Positions 20,701 through 32,400 of a stretch of 64,000 nt of DNA are shown piece after piece; position 1 is the stretch's first letter, and the number at the start of each line of letters is the position of its first letter. The stretch is from positions 54,148-118,147 of the IMG/VR virus record IMGVR_UViG_3300008117_004020. The stretch is one strand, 5' to 3'. The translations under genes and the position numbers were made by a program. The DNA is from a virus. A model generated the notes under the pieces. It did no database searches and was not told the origin of the DNA. It saw nothing but the letters and a program-made list of their open reading frames with translations.

Positions 20701-23700
20701 TAACCCACCTGCTTCATATTGATAGCTACATTATTAGTATCTGGATCAAAGTCTCCTGATGATGGTAATGAATTATTAACTTCTATTGTATCATCAGCAG
20801 CTGTCCTACCTAATAACTTTCTAGCCAGCTCCCTCTCACCCAGTGTTGCAAACTCACTATTAATAATATTCTGTAAAGCTAATCTTGTATTTATCCTACC
20901 ATCTTTAACTTGATATTCTTGCATCAAGTCTTCTTCAGTTCTAATATCAGCGTCATCTTTAGCACGCAAAGCCAACATTCCAGGTTTTGATCCAGGCTGT
21001 ATAGTGGTCAGTTCTTCTAGTGTTAACTCAGGCATAATCTCTTCATAACCAGGAGCTCTTGACAACTTACCCCTACTAGCTTCTATTAAATCCTCTTTAT
21101 ATTGTCTAACTTGCTCCATCTGAGAAGCAGTCAAAGTTCTTTGCTCACCATTAAGAATCCTTACAATCTCTTCATCTGTAAGAGGAGTTGGTGCAGCTTG
21201 ATTGTTAAACATTATAGCCTCCACTTCTAACACTGTAGCAATCATTGCTTTAGATACATTACGTAAATCTCCAGCAAAAATAGTAGGAGCATGTTTATTA
21301 ACTAGTGCTTTTATTAAATTATCAGCTTCTTTCTTAGTAGAAGCCACCCTGATATTTTCTATTACATCTAACAAATCATTATAATAAGTAACAACATCAG
21401 GTTTATTATTAGCAGCCTTTTTTAAAAACCTCTTAGCTATTTCTTCAACTTCAAATGCTGACAATACTTCTTCTATAGATTTATAGACAGTACCTTGCTG
21501 TAAAAATTTATTCTTTTTATCTGATAAAGACTCTAGATTTGCCAATAAATTAGCTTCACTCTGTACTCTATTAATAGACCTGTTATACTCCTTTAAAAGC
21601 TTATACTGCTCATCTGTAATTTCTGATGTAATGGGAATATTAAGTTCTTCTAATATATCAGCTACTTTAATTGATTCTTTATCCTGAGCATATCTAGTTT
21701 TAAAATCATCTATAATATCTTTAGCTTTATATTTAATCTCACCCTCTGATATTTTACCTTTATTAGATAATAAATAGTTAGTAATTTGTTCTTCTAGTTC
21801 ATCAATTTTTCCTGTACTTATAAATATATAAGCTGCTTTATTAATATTAATTGTATAAATCCTAGCTACACCAAGATTAATATGCTCACTAGCATCTGCT
21901 TTTGTACCTAAAGCTTCTAAATTAATACCATCAACATCTGCTGATAATGTACCAGCATTTATAAGATTACTAATTGCAGCTTTTTGACCTGCAGTTGCAG
22001 GATTACCACTGGTTTTACCATTTACAATTGATACATGAGTATCATTTTCATAATCATTATCTACATCAACTGTTAGATTAACCCCCTGCATTTTAGTTGC
22101 TACTGTTTGACTCTGCTGTTTAAATATTTCAAGAGCACCTTGAATCTTTGATTTATATGCAGCTAAATCATTAATGTATTGTAATACAATACTATCATTT
22201 TCAGCAGACCCTTCCTGTTCAATCTTATTAATAGCCTCTTGATATCTCTTATCTATAAGAGACACATAGTATTTGATTAACTCTTCTTTTATTTCAGGGG
22301 ATGCCTGCTCACCTATTATAGTCAAAGCAGCCTCATCCATATCAGACAACAACTGAAGATTTTTAATAGCATCAGCTATCCTAGACTTGAGAGCAGCCAT
22401 GTTTTTAGAATCAGCATTCTTCTTAAGAGTTCTCACTATACTATCCCTCTCATTATTAACCTTATCCATCCACTTTGCTCTCTCAATATTATCAGCCAGA
22501 CTATCTAGCACTGGTGTAAAATCCTCAAATGCTTTTATCACCACTGAAATAGCAACATTAGAATTCTTAAGCAGGTCCCTAATCTTTTGTCTTACAGTAT
22601 TATAAGCTGCTTTGAATTGAGGATCATCTTGAGAATAGACTTTTTTAGGAAGACCTATAAGCTGAGTAGCTCTTTGTGATATAGCCATCTCCACCTTGTC
22701 TCTTTGCTCAGGAGATAGTGAATCATATTTAGCATTACCTGGAGTGATGTAATCAACAAAATCTTCTAATAATTCATCTTGTGTAGCATTACTAATCCTC
22801 TCAATAAGATTATCAACATCTACTGTTGGGGTTGATGGTGTAGGTGTAACAGGAGCTGCTTGTTTACCACCTTCTAAAGCAGCCAGTTCTGCATCATACT
22901 TAGCTTTAATTGCTTTGTATATTGCAGGAATAACTCCTGTCATATTAGGATCTAAACCATATTGTTTAGCATAAACTTCTTTACCTCTTCTCTCAAAATC
23001 AATTTCTTCTTTTCTTAATCTTTCTTCTATATGTGCTTCAATAAGCTCTCTATTTGATTTGTTAAAGCGATTATCAAGTTTTTCACCTTCAAAATAAACT
23101 CCATCAGCCTTCACTTCATAGTTAGTACCATCCACTTTACCTAATGGTATATCAGGTCTTGTAGGAGGCTGTGTAACTGGAGGAGTTGCAACTGGTTGAG
23201 GAGTAGGCTGTTGCGACATTGCTTCATCTAAATTCTTAGCAATCTCGTTAGCTTCATCTTCTGTAGCAATGCCCTTCTGTACTAAATTACCCTGTGGACT
23301 TATTACAGAGAATGTGCCATCAGCATCTTGTTTAACTGTATGTACATTTCCTATTTGTTCAGGAGCTGTTTCTACCTCTTTAGCAGTTTGATAATAATTA
23401 TTATATTCATCAAGAATCTCATCCATCAACTCATCCACTGTATCAAACTCTCTATTTGCTGCAGCTTCTCTAAGCCTAGCATACAACACCTTCACCTTAG
23501 GTTGATTAGCAAAATCAGTATTAGAGTCTAGTTCCTTGAGCAACTCTGTTCTTAGTTGTACAACAGCTTGCCTTCTAAACATCTCAGCTGTATAAAATTT
23601 TGTAGCTGATTCAAAATGTCTGTCAAACTGTTCAGCAAAACCTTCAGGTGATGAAAGTAAAGATATATTAGTGACAGCCCTGCCCTTATCATTATTAAGA

Positions 23701-26231
23701 CGAGCATAATCAATCATCCCCTTATATCCAGCTTCAATCTGTTCAGACGTAAGCATATCACCACCCATAGTATCCTGATAAGCATCCATCAACTCTTTGA
23801 ATGCAGCTTTAGACTCATCTGTAAATTCAGCCATAGACAAACTGAATCCTTCTGCTCTTGTAAAAGATTCTGTAATAAGTTTATTGGAGTCTCTCCATTT
23901 GCTAAGAGCTCTTAATTGTCTTTCTTTGTCAGCAATCAGCTTCTTAGTCTTTTCATCTTGTGTCTCTGCAGACTTAAGATTCTTTATCTCATCTTGTAAT
24001 AGAAGAGTCTCTGTAGTGATATTCTCATCAGATGTAGCTGTGTAGAAAGGATTATAGAGAGCATCTCCTAATGAATCTTTGACATCACCCAGAATATTAG
24101 ACATCCTACCTATAACATTTCTATAGGTATCTTTTTCAAATATTAAGTCTTGTACAGCATTCTCCCAAGCTATATATCTAAGCTGTCCTCTCTTTTTCTC
24201 CTCAGTACCATCTTTTAATTTAGAAAAATCAGACCATGCATTAGGGAACTCTTGTTTTATTTTGTCATAGTCTTTTGCTATATCAGCAGCCTTTTGTTCA
24301 AAAGTATTAAGATAATCCATAGCAGACTTCTTATTACTTGAATCTGCAGTCACTTTAAATATTGCTTCAAAGTCATCTGCACTAAGATTATTCAACTGAT
24401 CACGCATGGTGTCCATCATATACTCTAGCTTACCAGTACGCAATCCTAGTACAATCATATCCCTCATCTGCTGGTTATGCAGATTCTTATACGCATAAAT
24501 GTCCCCGCTTTTAATAGCCTCAGACATTTGTTTAGAAAACTCCATCTGATTATTAGCATTAGCAATACGTGGGTCAAATACTCTCAGAGGATTCTCTTCC
24601 CATTTATTTAATTTTGCAGCATAATCATCAATAATGTTTTTTCTTTCTTGCATTTGTTTTTTGTACACTGTACTGTTCAGAGCCTTTCCTATACTCATAT
24701 TAACAGCAGTGCCAGGAACACCTATAATAAATCCACTAATGAACTCATCAAAAGCATTTTTACCATCTAAGTGATCAGATACAGCTTTACCTGCCAAGTA
24801 CATTTGCTCAAACCCACTTTTTCTATCATACTGATCTTTATAATACTTGTTCCAGAACTCAGAAGATGATCCTTGTACAACTTCTTGAACACCTTCCCAT
24901 GCACTATCAATACCCCATTTAAAAAGACCTTTACCAGCACCAGCAGCTCCTTCTTTAGTAAACATAGAAAGAGTACCTTTCCTCACCCATCCTTTTGCTG
25001 TTCTCACCAAATCATCCCCTATATTTCCTGAAAGCTCAGATAAAAATCTTTTTTGAGCACCAAATGGACCTCTAAATAAGTTGCCCATATTAATCCTGTT
25101 CATCACATACAGCAGTCCTGTATTAGTGATACCATTGCCCATAGCAATATCAGACGCTTCTTTCTCTAGATTTGCACGCTCACCTAGAGTTAGCATCCTG
25201 CCCTCTTCCTTAGCTTTTCTTGTAGCCTCATCCATATAATCAACATATGATGATGCTGCTTCAAATTTTGCTTCTGCAGCAGCAGCATTCCATTGTTTAG
25301 TGAATGAATAAAAGCTACCAAGACCAGCCTTTATATTACTAGATTTTGTAAAGTATTGATATGCTTGTTTGATTTTATTAGCAGACTCTATAGAGTTTTC
25401 AATCTTACTAAGATTTTTATAAAACTTACCTAGAGTTAGTATTCTCTTAACTTTATTAACTAAAGATGCGCCAGCAGCAGCAATACTTGCTCCTTCAGTT
25501 TCAGGAGCTAGTATGGCTGCAGCAGCAAACTCTAATACTAATTGTGTACTGAATGCTCCTATTGTTCCTAGGGTGAATCCAAATTGACCAACAGTAGTTG
25601 CAAACTTTCCAAATCCAAACTCATCTCCTCTTTGTTCAGCTTCAGTGAGAGGAATATAGTTTTCTGTAGAAATCTGCTGCATGGTTCTACCCATATCAGC
25701 CAACTCCTTTGTATCACTAAATGGAAGAAATGCCTCTTTTAAATCACCACTGACAAGATTTTTCCAAAACTTACCTTCTGTAACCCATTGTTCTTTAAAT
25801 GTTTCTGCAGCAAGACCAGTCATTTGATCCCACGCAAGACCCATCTTTTGCCATCTTGTTAAACTTCTAGCAAACCTATCCTCATTATTTTCAAATGGGT
25901 AAAACCCTATCTCTGTAAATAGATTATCTCTATCTGGATTATCAAATGTCTTTTGAAGCTTTGTAAAACTCTCATCTGTATATCTTATAGGCTGAGTGAT
26001 GTTTGCAGGATCAAATGTTTTTCCTGCATACCTTGATAAACTATTAGACCTAATTGCATTATATGGATCTACATCATACCTACCAGATGAAAGTTCTGGT
26101 ACAATAGTTAATCCTGGACTTGGCAATCCTTCTAATGGTTCAAGCCCACTAGGATTTAATACCCCTAAAGGGTCAAGAGTTTGATTATCAGGTTGTTGTG
26201 GAGGAACAGGAGGAGTGTTATCTAACGCCAT
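17790..26231 (-). CDS. Giant virion cargo/ejection protein (2813 aa) with a zincin-like metallopeptidase domain
   Basis: ILHELLH (HELLH about 20643-20657) plus EFVIEAFTNPSFQ; Ala/Gly-rich hydrophobic segments near the N-terminus; stop overlaps the vRNAP start. Confidence 0.8.
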   Translation of the reverse strand: MALDNTPPVPPQQPDNQTLDPLGVLNPSGLEPLEGLPSPGLTIVPELSSGRYDVDPYNAIRSNSLSRYAGKTFDPANITQPIRYTDESFTKLQKTFDNPDRDNLFTEIGFYPFENNEDRFARSLTRWQKMGLAWDQMTGLAAETFKEQWVTEGKFWKNLVSGDLKEAFLPFSDTKELADMGRTMQQISTENYIPLTEAEQRGDEFGFGKFATTVGQFGFTLGTIGAFSTQLVLEFAAAAILAPETEGASIAAAGASLVNKVKRILTLGKFYKNLSKIENSIESANKIKQAYQYFTKSSNIKAGLGSFYSFTKQWNAAAAEAKFEAASSYVDYMDEATRKAKEEGRMLTLGERANLEKEASDIAMGNGITNTGLLYVMNRINMGNLFRGPFGAQKRFLSELSGNIGDDLVRTAKGWVRKGTLSMFTKEGAAGAGKGLFKWGIDSAWEGVQEVVQGSSSEFWNKYYKDQYDRKSGFEQMYLAGKAVSDHLDGKNAFDEFISGFIIGVPGTAVNMSIGKALNSTVYKKQMQERKNIIDDYAAKLNKWEENPLRVFDPRIANANNQMEFSKQMSEAIKSGDIYAYKNLHNQQMRDMIVLGLRTGKLEYMMDTMRDQLNNLSADDFEAIFKVTADSSNKKSAMDYLNTFEQKAADIAKDYDKIKQEFPNAWSDFSKLKDGTEEKKRGQLRYIAWENAVQDLIFEKDTYRNVIGRMSNILGDVKDSLGDALYNPFYTATSDENITTETLLLQDEIKNLKSAETQDEKTKKLIADKERQLRALSKWRDSNKLITESFTRAEGFSLSMAEFTDESKAAFKELMDAYQDTMGGDMLTSEQIEAGYKGMIDYARLNNDKGRAVTNISLLSSPEGFAEQFDRHFESATKFYTAEMFRRQAVVQLRTELLKELDSNTDFANQPKVKVLYARLREAAANREFDTVDELMDEILDEYNNYYQTAKEVETAPEQIGNVHTVKQDADGTFSVISPQGNLVQKGIATEDEANEIAKNLDEAMSQQPTPQPVATPPVTQPPTRPDIPLGKVDGTNYEVKADGVYFEGEKLDNRFNKSNRELIEAHIEERLRKEEIDFERRGKEVYAKQYGLDPNMTGVIPAIYKAIKAKYDAELAALEGGKQAAPVTPTPSTPTVDVDNLIERISNATQDELLEDFVDYITPGNAKYDSLSPEQRDKVEMAISQRATQLIGLPKKVYSQDDPQFKAAYNTVRQKIRDLLKNSNVAISVVIKAFEDFTPVLDSLADNIERAKWMDKVNNERDSIVRTLKKNADSKNMAALKSRIADAIKNLQLLSDMDEAALTIIGEQASPEIKEELIKYYVSLIDKRYQEAINKIEQEGSAENDSIVLQYINDLAAYKSKIQGALEIFKQQSQTVATKMQGVNLTVDVDNDYENDTHVSIVNGKTSGNPATAGQKAAISNLINAGTLSADVDGINLEALGTKADASEHINLGVARIYTININKAAYIFISTGKIDELEEQITNYLLSNKGKISEGEIKYKAKDIIDDFKTRYAQDKESIKVADILEELNIPITSEITDEQYKLLKEYNRSINRVQSEANLLANLESLSDKKNKFLQQGTVYKSIEEVLSAFEVEEIAKRFLKKAANNKPDVVTYYNDLLDVIENIRVASTKKEADNLIKALVNKHAPTIFAGDLRNVSKAMIATVLEVEAIMFNNQAAPTPLTDEEIVRILNGEQRTLTASQMEQVRQYKEDLIEASRGKLSRAPGYEEIMPELTLEELTTIQPGSKPGMLALRAKDDADIRTEEDLMQEYQVKDGRINTRLALQNIINSEFATLGERELARKLLGRTAADDTIEVNNSLPSSGDFDPDTNNVAINMKQVGYTEEKPYLPIETVILHELLHREIELELQNPSGEFTKAIKSAMAAVRNNPAAKTFYAFQENLTDDEQIREFVIEAFTNPSFQHLLSTIPYAKSGKSVWEKFLEILSNLLKSIGIDVEGTVLNEVINQTAELIKSNYTNELLGKVAEASTIEELNSLSEDLTNYEDSMVPSLYSSAQKLISSKIQSIRDKEASKQVQGMSKVKIGKQTYYYTTKNGILEVFNKTRKGVTPVKAAIVYEQVFMQLLKSKSINELLSDSLRRNVIDIMGDPDRMGSYASGQMLDVPLSESQYAPFVGLVISLPFKSQKDYADFKNEYWKFVKEGALTKKYAYLKDRYGATAVGNYDELTGYIDSRSNIEKLIKKGLISIDRKGLSLEEILTEDDTNFSESQLVDYMQFLIEGGNIDSSEYEETRRYINSVLKQTLGVNISDALQTKIELELQNKREEPAPADEEETETTGSDEGDVTYTPPVHKQGSDPAIFDASVVDPSQGISAMDTNALRSLNNDVFPSNQQETPYFTQYYHKVRAIINALHIMDKAKLGDVFVTIHADNEGLRWDGSVDEDWKAAKKGVVGFLSDINGNPIVFAKDGTRLGTLDRANLSDKKGLDNGENQIVYFKLFAEDSKSPMAKLLTKESYDKLNEARRKAMAGNPQIADLTVISAGQMNKRKLARSNQADRKNTAKDPGFLAQLMQPNISFKFNNKGVLMMMIKDKNGAVNEEPLYPPNTRYVNFNKNGVETPFINHIVDVMKTYHEMLLRGDKNADVVKENLIKFVYNIWLTGENFKIPNTLSRFTIKQYNDDTPTVYDVIKVVNGEALIDEAVLAQVVNKVGNRPINISKKWWNKETGFEQFLFPVIVDKEGVKSVEFRDIDYKNFIMTKVGLSSDTVEIPAQDQLIRYNSIVAFTNPRDIQVATPAGKTADDLLNDPNAVKNDVKNNVNTDGKISQNEQETNAIKKKKKFRAPTYDEIFEKNCK

Positions 26232-26234
26232 TCT

Positions 26235-29200
26235 TTATCGATTTAAAGATCCATCTAAGTCTTGCACAGTAATAAATGTCTGTGGAGAGTTAGCTTTCAA
26301 TGACTTAAGTTTAGTTTTATTTTGTCTTTCAGCTAGTGCTATTTGATTACCTATGTAAGCGACAACACTTTCATTAACAGATCTAAAGCTATTAGTTGGA
26401 GGAAATAATATCACTTGATCAGCATCATCGCCAGCCAAAGATACAGGTTCATATTCAATCTCGCCATTATCATTAATTACAGGCATTTTATATGTACCAC
26501 TCACCTCATACCCTTCTCCTGTAGACAGCTTTCTTATTTTATATTCATAGCGATCTTTAGCAAACTCAGGACTTGAGTAGTTCATATTCTCTTGAAAATA
26601 TCTTTCTGTAATATTATACTCACCTGGAAGTGTGCCTGGGATCATTTTATTTGGGAGTCTTATTTCTTGCTGAGAAACTCTAAATACTAAACCATTTGCT
26701 TTAATCTTTTTTACAATTTCTTTCTCAGCTAGTATAGCATCATTATCATTTGTAGCAGTTGACTGAGTGGTTAACTCTGCAATTCTACCTTCTAAATATT
26801 TATCATTAAATCTAATAGTGTATCTATATCTATCATCTCCTTGTATACCAGTAAAAGGTTCATATAACACTTGATGTTGAGCACCAGATGTAGCGTGAGA
26901 ATTTAAAAGATTACCAATTGCAGATCTAATTGCATTTTTTTGTTCATCATCTATTTCATTATTACCGACTAATTTAGAATAATCTAATATTTGAGTTAAA
27001 TTATCTTCAGGAAGCTTTGGCTGAGAAACTTCTTCACTACCTAATTTTAACAATAATCCAATAGCTTTTTCAGCATTTTCACCTTGGAGATCAGGCATAT
27101 CAGCTAATGTATATCCATAAAACTGAGCTAAATTATCTTTCTCACCAATCAACTTTAAAGAATCTTGAGCAGGAAGTGAATTATTAAACTCTTCTATTAT
27201 ACTATCATAATTATTATCAATATACCTAAGTTTTTTAGCTTTAGCTGGATCTTTACGAGTAACAACATGTGTACTATAAGATATACCAAAGTCTCCTGGT
27301 GTTCTAATCTCCTCATCTTTTATCACTGAAGTAGCATCATTAATTTCTGCTTTTATTTCATCTCTAGTTTTAAATCTATAATTCCCATGGGAATCTTTAA
27401 CTACTAAAAGCGGATCTACTATATTTTTACCTGGAGCAAGCAATTCATTAGAAATCTTGTTAATATCATTATTTATTTTATCTAATTGATTTTTAGCATT
27501 GTCAATATTCTCTAAATCAAATGCCAGTTTTGACCACTCACTAAATGGCATATTAGCTTTAGTGAGATTCATATTATCTGAAGCCTTACCAAATAAAAAA
27601 CTATACATATTGGCATATGTAGGTGTCTTATCACCATCTTTACCTGCTAACCACTTTTCAAACTCAGCGCCATATTTTTGTACAAATTTCTTTACAGGCA
27701 GTTCTGTATTGTCATCTTTGTAACCAATATCAGTTTTTGGATCAGTAATTAACCCCTTGAACTTAAGATACTCAGGAGACTCTTTATTTAAATCACCAGA
27801 ATTGCGTTTTAGTACATGCTGAATAACTGTATTAACTTCAGGAAATTCAGTTCTCAAAGCCCTCTCTATAAAAGACATAGAAGCAGCATCCACTGTACCC
27901 TCTAAAGATTTCCTATAAGTAGCCATTGTTCCAAGCAAACCTGATATAGATGTGTTTTTTGGAACGTTTCCTAATAAAGATTGCTGAGGAGTGTTAGCTT
28001 TTTGTAAATCTGTAGGTTCCCCAGGAGTTGTACCTTTTTTAGTAGTTTTAGTACCAGTGGCAGGAATCATTGTTAATTGTCCTGTTTCTGGATCAAAACC
28101 AAATGTCATTCCTCCAGGTGTTCCAGCTGCATCAATTCGCATCTGAGCCATTCTCTCCCTACTCTCTCTATCTAACTTTTTCTCTTGAAGATCCAACCAT
28201 GCAAAAAATGTCTCATCTTTTTTAACAGTGGACTGCTCTGTTCCATAAGAATAACCCTTTACAATCTTATCTAAAGATTGACTATAAAGAGTTTCACTCC
28301 AATAGTTTTTACCAAGCCTAGTGTATTCACTTGCTGTCTTATCCAGGTCAAACATATTGAGTCTTTTCTCATAGTCCTCATATTGTTTCTTATAGAATAA
28401 AACATTTGCCCTATAACCTTTTGCATCTTCTGTATTAGGGATTTTACCATCTTTTGAGTTGGCTTTAAAATAAGTATCCCAAGCAGTGTTAGCCCTTTCA
28501 TATGCTGATTTGTAATTCTGTAGCTCCTGAGTGTATAAATCTCTAGTCTTATTTGCTAAATCATATCCCAGTTCCTTCCTAGCATCAGTCTCAGATAACC
28601 CCTGTGCCATCTTTTCTTCAAGAGCGCGATCATATACTACTTCTCCCCATGCATCAAAGTATTTCCTCTCATCACCTGTAATAAGACCATCTAAAAGATA
28701 TTTAAGAGGTTGTTCAATTAATTTGCCGTTCACTCTCTCAAATATAGCACCTTTACCATCCCTAGTTTGTGAAATCACTTTTAACTTGTCAGAAGTAAGA
28801 TATTTTTCTAACTTATCAACCAAATTAACACCAGGAACATAATACCTAGGCTTAACATTCATAATGCTACCATCCCCTCTTTTAGCTCTTCTGAGTTCTT
28901 TTAAAGGAAGAGTAACATACTCATCAGATATTGGAGAGTGCATAGCTCTTTTCTTAGCATCATCAGATGTTAAGAAAGACTGCCCCATTTGAAGCTGCTG
29001 TCCTGATATTTTTGTAATACCTATATCGTTTTGAAGTTCCTTATCATTAAAGAATGGTTCAAACACATTCTCAGCCATACTAACATTCTGTGGGAGAGAC
29101 AAATCTACATTAGGAAGATCTTTAAGATTGTTTTCTATATCTTTAAGATACTCTGCTTGTTTCTCAATATCCTGAGGATTTGTAGCCTTAGAGTTAAGTA

Positions 29201-29342
29201 CGCTATTATATAATGACTTTAATCTTGTAAAACCTTGGTCATACCTTGACTGTTTTACCTGTAAAGCCTTGGAAATCAAATCAAAATCTGGTACAAACAG
29301 CTTTTGTTCGGGAAAGTAATCTGCGTTTAAATATGTTGCCAT
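26235..29342 (-). CDS. Virion cargo/ejection protein (1035 aa)
   Basis: Long helical, Cys-free ORF directly upstream of the giant genes; N-terminal PDFDL...QSRYDQG is typical of this position in crAss-like phages. Confidence 0.6.
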   Translation of the reverse strand: MATYLNADYFPEQKLFVPDFDLISKALQVKQSRYDQGFTRLKSLYNSVLNSKATNPQDIEKQAEYLKDIENNLKDLPNVDLSLPQNVSMAENVFEPFFNDKELQNDIGITKISGQQLQMGQSFLTSDDAKKRAMHSPISDEYVTLPLKELRRAKRGDGSIMNVKPRYYVPGVNLVDKLEKYLTSDKLKVISQTRDGKGAIFERVNGKLIEQPLKYLLDGLITGDERKYFDAWGEVVYDRALEEKMAQGLSETDARKELGYDLANKTRDLYTQELQNYKSAYERANTAWDTYFKANSKDGKIPNTEDAKGYRANVLFYKKQYEDYEKRLNMFDLDKTASEYTRLGKNYWSETLYSQSLDKIVKGYSYGTEQSTVKKDETFFAWLDLQEKKLDRESRERMAQMRIDAAGTPGGMTFGFDPETGQLTMIPATGTKTTKKGTTPGEPTDLQKANTPQQSLLGNVPKNTSISGLLGTMATYRKSLEGTVDAASMSFIERALRTEFPEVNTVIQHVLKRNSGDLNKESPEYLKFKGLITDPKTDIGYKDDNTELPVKKFVQKYGAEFEKWLAGKDGDKTPTYANMYSFLFGKASDNMNLTKANMPFSEWSKLAFDLENIDNAKNQLDKINNDINKISNELLAPGKNIVDPLLVVKDSHGNYRFKTRDEIKAEINDATSVIKDEEIRTPGDFGISYSTHVVTRKDPAKAKKLRYIDNNYDSIIEEFNNSLPAQDSLKLIGEKDNLAQFYGYTLADMPDLQGENAEKAIGLLLKLGSEEVSQPKLPEDNLTQILDYSKLVGNNEIDDEQKNAIRSAIGNLLNSHATSGAQHQVLYEPFTGIQGDDRYRYTIRFNDKYLEGRIAELTTQSTATNDNDAILAEKEIVKKIKANGLVFRVSQQEIRLPNKMIPGTLPGEYNITERYFQENMNYSSPEFAKDRYEYKIRKLSTGEGYEVSGTYKMPVINDNGEIEYEPVSLAGDDADQVILFPPTNSFRSVNESVVAYIGNQIALAERQNKTKLKSLKANSPQTFITVQDLDGSLNR

Positions 29343-29348
29343 AGTCTA

Positions 29349-29394
29349 TATAATATAATATACAAAAAAATCTGGTAAGTTTAGAATTAAACTT
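29349..29394 (-). promoter_or_regulatory. Putative phage late promoter (AGTTTA-N24-GTATATTATA)
   Basis: The 19-mer 29349-29367 is identical to 54626-54644; intergenic, just upstream of the ATG at 29342. Confidence 0.7.
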
Positions 29395-29401
29395 ATAATG
29401 T

Positions 29402-32400
29402 TTACCAACCTCCCACTCTATATTCTGGGATGTAACCACCTTGTTTTGATTGTCTTGGGTTGTTTGCATCAGCCATATTCATCATCATCATAGCTGCCAT
29501 AGGATTCTTATTAAACATTATTTGCTGTAAATATAGCTTATCAAATGGATTATTAGGATCCAATTTATTCTGAGTGATAAAGTTTCTATATTGAGCATAT
29601 CCATCACCACCAAGTCCAGTACCAAAACCAAATGGGTTAGTATCAGCTACTGAATACCCACTTCCTGGTTTAAAGTACATATTATAACTTAATGGGTCAA
29701 AAGCTGCCTGAGGATACATTTGATTCATTAAATACTGCTTGTTAGCATTAGCCACCGTATTTATAAAAGCTGCTTTTTTTTGTGCAAACTTGTCCATATT
29801 AGATCTATCAACATTACTTATAAAAACAGCATTTTTATCAGCTAGCTGAGTATTAGCAAGGGCTTCTTCTCTAGCAGCTTGATTGTAGATTTGATTATTC
29901 ATTTGCTCATTAGCTGTAGCAAACTGAATGTTTTGTAATCCTGTATCTAATGTATTCTTTTGAATCTCAGGAAGTAAACTAGCGTTCACTTGCATTTGTC
30001 TAGCAGCTCTAGTTTGAGGAGCTCCACCATACAAATCATTACCTGCCATTGCCATAGCACCTTGAGACTGTAAAAGTCTATTATATGCATCTGTACTAAT
30101 CTGCTTTGCATCAGTATACCTAGGTTGCCATTTAGCTTGATATGGAGGAACATTTCTATAAGGATCATATTGAGCAGCAGCAAATCCTAATATATCTTCT
30201 TCAAATGGACGCTTTTGCAAAACCTGTGAATATGTACTATATACTCTTTTTTTGTCCTCCTCTTTCTTTTTTAAATCATAAGAAGAAGTTTTATCACCCT
30301 TATCTTTTTCTCCACTAGTACTTTCTGAAGTGCTCTCATCAGGAGTATCAAATGTAGCATATAAATCAGGTGTTCCTTCTTTTCCTTTTGTACCTTCTAA
30401 TGGTTGATAATACGTTTCCCAAAATCTTTTTACATCTTCTCTAGGAAGTACTATTCTTCCTACACCAGGTTTATATGCTGTAATTTCTTCCCATGTTGCG
30501 CCTTTTTCTGCAAGAGCCTTAACCATTGGTCTCCAATCTCCTTTTCTGGAACTTCTTCTAGGAGTTACACCTAATGAACCTGGTTGTCCAGATATACCTT
30601 CTTGACCTTGTTGCCAATATAAATTAGGATAGTTATTAGGATCATAAGGAATATATCCCTGTGGAATTTGAGTTTTATCTTTTACTTTGGTAGCTCTAAT
30701 CTTCCTTCCATTGATATCAACATCCACTTCACCATCAGTTTGGAACTTATGTAGTCCACCATGCATCATCATTTCAGGAGATTCTTCTTCTTGTTCTTGT
30801 GGTTGCTGTGGAGCTGTCATTCCCAAAGCCTCACTCAATTCTTCCATATTTTTAGGAGGATTGGTTTGTATCACCTGAGCCAACAAGTCTCCCATACCCT
30901 GCATGCGCATAAGCTTCATCATAGCAGGCATAGCTAATGATGGAATATCATACTCCTTACCCATCATACCCTTGGTCAATTCACCCCCTAATACAGCCTT
31001 AGACATATAATCCTGATAGACGCCAAACTTGTTCATAGCTGTAGATAGTTCAAACTGGTCTGTAATACCACCACCTTGAGCAGTTTTAATAATTTCCGCC
31101 AGTCTATTGTAGTCTTTAGCATTCACCTTAGATCCTAACAGCTTAGCCCATGTATTGTCTTTCTTTTTGTTAGACTCTACATCAAAACCCATCACTTCTT
31201 TTAAAAATGATGGAGCTGTGATATAATCACTCACTACATAAGACCCTGGTTCTACATTAACAGGAACACCCCCTTGACTATGTTTTTTACCATTAACATC
31301 ATAGACGCTCATGCCATCCTTAGCTATAATCATCTCACCTCCCTCCACTTCAATGTTAGGATTGTCTTTTTCACTAGCTTTAGGATAGACAGATCTAATC
31401 TCTGAGTCAACAGGCGCTTCTTCAAAAGATTTAAAATCTCTTACACCTTGTCCTCTATAAAGACCATAGCCCATTTGATCACCCACTGTTCTACCTCCTT
31501 CAGCATATTGACGCTTATCAGAAGTACCTGTAATTCTTATTTTCATACTATTAGGATTATCTTGTAACATATTATCTTCTGGTATTTCTCCACCTTCTTC
31601 AAAATACCCTTGTTGTTTTAATTGATTATAGATCTTTCTATCCTCCCACTTAACAAACTCTTCAAATACCTTTTTCTTTTGTTTTTCATTTAGTTGATTT
31701 AGCTTAATATCTGTACCTACCTCTTTCACTATATATGGGGTGGAACTAGTTTGTTGTTTGGGATTACCAGTGACCCATTTGTTTCTAGCTTCTGAAATAG
31801 AAAGATTATTATAAGCACTTCCAAATATCAAATCACGCATAGCCTTTAAGCCTGTTTCCATATCAGGGAATATTGCCACATGACCATTACCATCCTTTCT
31901 ACCCTTTATTCCACCATACACCTTTGCAAAATCACCCTCTATATGTATATTACCAGGATTATTATGATCCCAGTTAGATATATTAGTTTTATTACTCTTT
32001 TCTCCACTTACACCTTTAACATTAAACAAATGAGAAGGATCTACAAATTTACCTGTTGCATCTCTAAAAGTAAAATGTAAATGTGGACCAGTTGATATGC
32101 CACTATTGCCAGATAACGCCACCTGTTGACCTCTAGTCACCTTATCTCCAATAGTCACTGTATAATCATTTAGATGCGCAAACCCAGACTTTGAACCATC
32201 GTTATGCCTGATAATCAATTGTTTACCACCTTTATCATTACTATAAATATTCTCAACCACCCCATCCATAGGAGAATAAACAATACTATTTACTGGAGCA
32301 GCTAAATCAATTCCATTGTGACTAGATGAAGCTCCTTTTTTTGGTGACTTACGTGGACCAAATCCACTTGTAATTTTAAAGTCTTTTAGAGGCATTGCTA

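Noticed and set aside
20739-20753. DFDPD in the 2813-aa protein as a second RNA polymerase active site
   Set aside because: It sits in the beta strand just before the zincin HELLH helix and lacks the surrounding RNAP motifs.
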